DNA from: Leucoraja ocellata
Lineage: Eukaryota
NCBI GenBank assembly: GCA_036785375.1
Contig: JAWMAR010000151.1
Coordinates: 1,426,001-1,490,000, forward strand
DNA: 64,000 bases
Reading direction: 5' to 3'
Numbering within the stretch: the first letter of the stretch is position 1; each line of letters begins with the position of its first letter. The notes beneath the pieces were generated by a model. That model saw only the letters and a program-made list of their open reading frames with translations. It was not told the origin of the DNA and searched no databases. The translations under genes and the position numbers were made by a program. Positions 61,881-64,000 of the stretch are shown here, piece by piece.

Positions 61881-62427
61881 ATGACTACCCCTGCACTCTT
61901 AACATTTTTTATGTCATATGCAAAGGAAAACGAACAGCGATGTTTTCATGGTTTCATGTCATGCAGCACAGAAACAGGTCATTCAGCCCACTGGGTCTTG
62001 ACCGACTATCTGAAGTAATAATTTTTTCTCTCACAAATCCATTAACTCCCCTCCACATTCTCTGCCCCCCAGCACCTCATTTTCCTGCCACCACCTACAT
62101 TTAGGCCATTTATAATGGGCAGTTAGCCTGTGTATCATCAAATCTTCAGCATGTGGCAAGAGAACGTAGTCAAAGAGACGTGGAAACTCCCACAGACTGC
62201 ACCAAGATCAGAATCGATCCTTCTCTGGAGACCTAAGGCACCAGGATTAACCACAGCGTCATTCTGAGAGTTTACTACTTTTTTGGATTGTGCCATCACT
62301 GTGCTAGAACAATAAAGGTGGATGAATGAAAACAAATGAAGTTGAGGTATTGTTGGAAAAAGTGAAGACAGTGACCAAGGGGCACAAGCAAACATAATAG
62401 GAACATGAAATGAACTTGAACAAGTTT

Positions 62428-62595
62428 TGGAGAGAGAGTTAGATTTAGCTCTCAGGGTTACGGGAATCAAGGGATTTGGGGTAAAACCCAGAACAGGGTA
62501 CTGATCTTGGATTATTAGCCATGATCATATTGCATGGTGGTGCTGGCTCGAAGGGTCGAATGGACTACTCCTGCACCTATGTTCTATGTTTCTAT
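62428..62595 (+). mobile_element. CR1 LINE 3' end, 5' truncated, ending about 80 nt upstream of exon 10
   Basis: Matches 13322-13480; (ttctatgt)n tail. Confidence 0.8.
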
Positions 62596-62674
62596 ATCTT
62601 GTCATTTCCTACATGTGGTTTCAAATTGAATAGAATATCTAATACTTCATTTTAAATGCTGTTTTCATTTTCAG

Positions 62675-62783
62675 TTTGCGATTATTCCAGAAGTTTGATA
62701 CATTTCGCATCCTTGTGTGTGGCGGAGATGGGAGTGTTGGATGGGTGCTGTCTGAAATCGATAGCCTCAATCTCCACAAACAG
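62675..62783 (+). CDS. DGKD: DGKD coding exon (exon 10 equivalent): [36 protein letters not shown]
   Basis: Acceptor cattttcag|T, donor CAG|gtactg; 109 nt, phase 2-0; GGDGxxG ATP-binding motif. Confidence 0.96.
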
Positions 62784-63019
62784 GTACTGCCTTATTACAT
62801 ATGGCTTATTGGAAAAATATCCACTGTCTCGTTTGATTTGAGCGCAATGATTTGATTTGAGAGGCGCAATGGCAATCTGTATTGGTTGTTGTTCATGATC
62901 CCAGCTTTGTAAATTCAGAACAAGAAAATGTGGATCAGCCATTGTATGCATCTTCACACTCTTATTAGAGTATGTCTGGTTTATCTGGTTAGAGGAGTCT
63001 CCCTGTTGTCTGTGAAAGA

Positions 63020-63335
63020 GAAATCACCCACGACTGTCTTCTCTAAATTATAATCTTCACTCTGTAAATTACTGATTATCGAGCCTGTCTATGCCCCTCA
63101 TAATTTTGTAAACCTCCATAAAGTCCCCTCAGTCTCTTTTGTTCCAATGAGAATACAACCAGATTATCCAATCTCACTTTACAACTACAGCCCTCCAGTC
63201 CAGACAATACCCAGGTGAATCTTTCCTACATTCTCTATTGCTACAAAATCCTCTGATACTGTATATAATACTCCCAGTGGTAGTCGAAGCAATGATTTGT
63301 ATGTCCAAACTATTATATTCTTGCCGCAGCCTATG
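63020..63335 (-). mobile_element. Degraded CR1 LINE fragment
   Basis: ccctcataattttgtaaacctccataaagtcccctcagtct is the reverse complement of an RLRGDFMEVYKIMRG coding segment. Confidence 0.65.
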
Positions 63336-63516
63336 AAGGTTGTATAGTACAAACATTTGAGAGAGATATGGTTCAGGAGGTTATATTCCAAAGTTGAACA
63401 CAGTTTAAAGAAGAAGATTGCGTTTCATAATGGTTTAAAGGCGATATGTTTTAGGATGTTTCTAGAAATTGATGTTAGGTCTATTTTCTTTTTTAATAAC
63501 TTTAAACATTCTTCAG

Positions 63517-63656
63517 TGCCAGATGGGAGTACTACCTTTGGGCACGGGGAATGACTTAGCACGAGTGCTGGGATGGGGATCAGCCTGTGATGATGACACG
63601 CAACTTCCACAAATCCTGGAGAAACTGGAACGAGCAAGTACAAAAATGCTGGATCG
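63517..63656 (+). CDS. DGKD: DGKD coding exon (exon 11 equivalent): [46 protein letters not shown](R)
   Basis: Acceptor attcttcag|TGC, donor TCG|gtgaga; 140 nt, phase 0-2; LPLGTGNDL motif. Confidence 0.96.
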
Positions 63657-64000
63657 GTGAGAGGAACATTTGAGAATGCACTGGCTATCCTTTCTATTAA
63701 TAAATCAGAGATACGGCTATATCCCTCTATACTGATTTCATTAATGTACACGATTGTTACATAAGGAATTTGCCACCTTTAATCTTTGGAGAACTAACCG
63801 GTCAGGGTTCCTGCTTCTAATTACAATTCCCAATCTCGGCTGCTAAGTCAAGTCACCTGCTGAAATTCTAGGCTTGGGCGTTTGTTTATGTTTGTTGAAT
63901 TGCTAACTCAAAATGTGGCATTAACAAGGAAGAGAGGATATAAGGAAACCCATCCATAAGCAGTGAAGATTTGTGATGGAACCAAAAATGGTTAGTGATT

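Larger units (their letters stand above)
12746..63656 (+). other. DGKD: Diacylglycerol kinase delta gene, partial (span of ten internal coding exons, equivalent to human exons 2-11)
   Basis: Ten GT-AG exons of 111, 81, 105, 133, 107, 126, 103, 163, 109 and 140 nt splice into one open frame: PH, C1A, C1B, DAGK catalytic-a ([18 protein letters not shown]). [27 protein letters not shown] and [14 protein letters not shown] match DGK-delta rather than DGK-eta as I recall them. Confidence 0.93.

Noticed and set aside
12746-63656. Assignment to DGKH or DGKK
   Set aside because: Exon 3, [28 protein letters not shown] and GSACDDD agree with DGK-delta as I recall the paralogues.

Overview
This is eukaryotic (vertebrate) genomic DNA, not prokaryotic. 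The repeat content (HE1/V-SINE-like tRNA SINEs, HER1/CR1 LINEs, DeuSINE remnant) points to a cartilaginous fish, most likely a skate or ray (inference). The window appears to lie inside one + strand gene, diacylglycerol kinase delta (DGKD). Ten internal coding exons (equivalent to human exons 2-11, 1178 nt) have GT-AG boundaries and join in one open frame, encoding the PH domain, C1A, C1B and the first half of the catalytic domain. Exon 1 was not found and is presumably upstream; the 3' exons lie downstream. The introns are filled with transposon remnants: CR1, Rex1/Babar-like, Penelope-like, SINEs, Tc1, Tigger-like and Harbinger-like MITEs, a Helitron, and a CGGBP1/hAT-like fragment. There is a 200-N assembly gap. 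The most interesting observation is a 141-bp TSD-flanked retroposon (10288-10428, - strand) whose first 54 nt fold by eye into a minimal CPEB3/HDV-like self-cleaving ribozyme, with the element starting exactly at the predicted cleavage site. The window also holds several Penelope-derived inserts carrying minimal hammerhead ribozyme motifs. Most entries in the ORF track are non-coding or transposon debris. All family names come from pattern recognition, not database searches, and the boundaries of degraded repeats are approximate.
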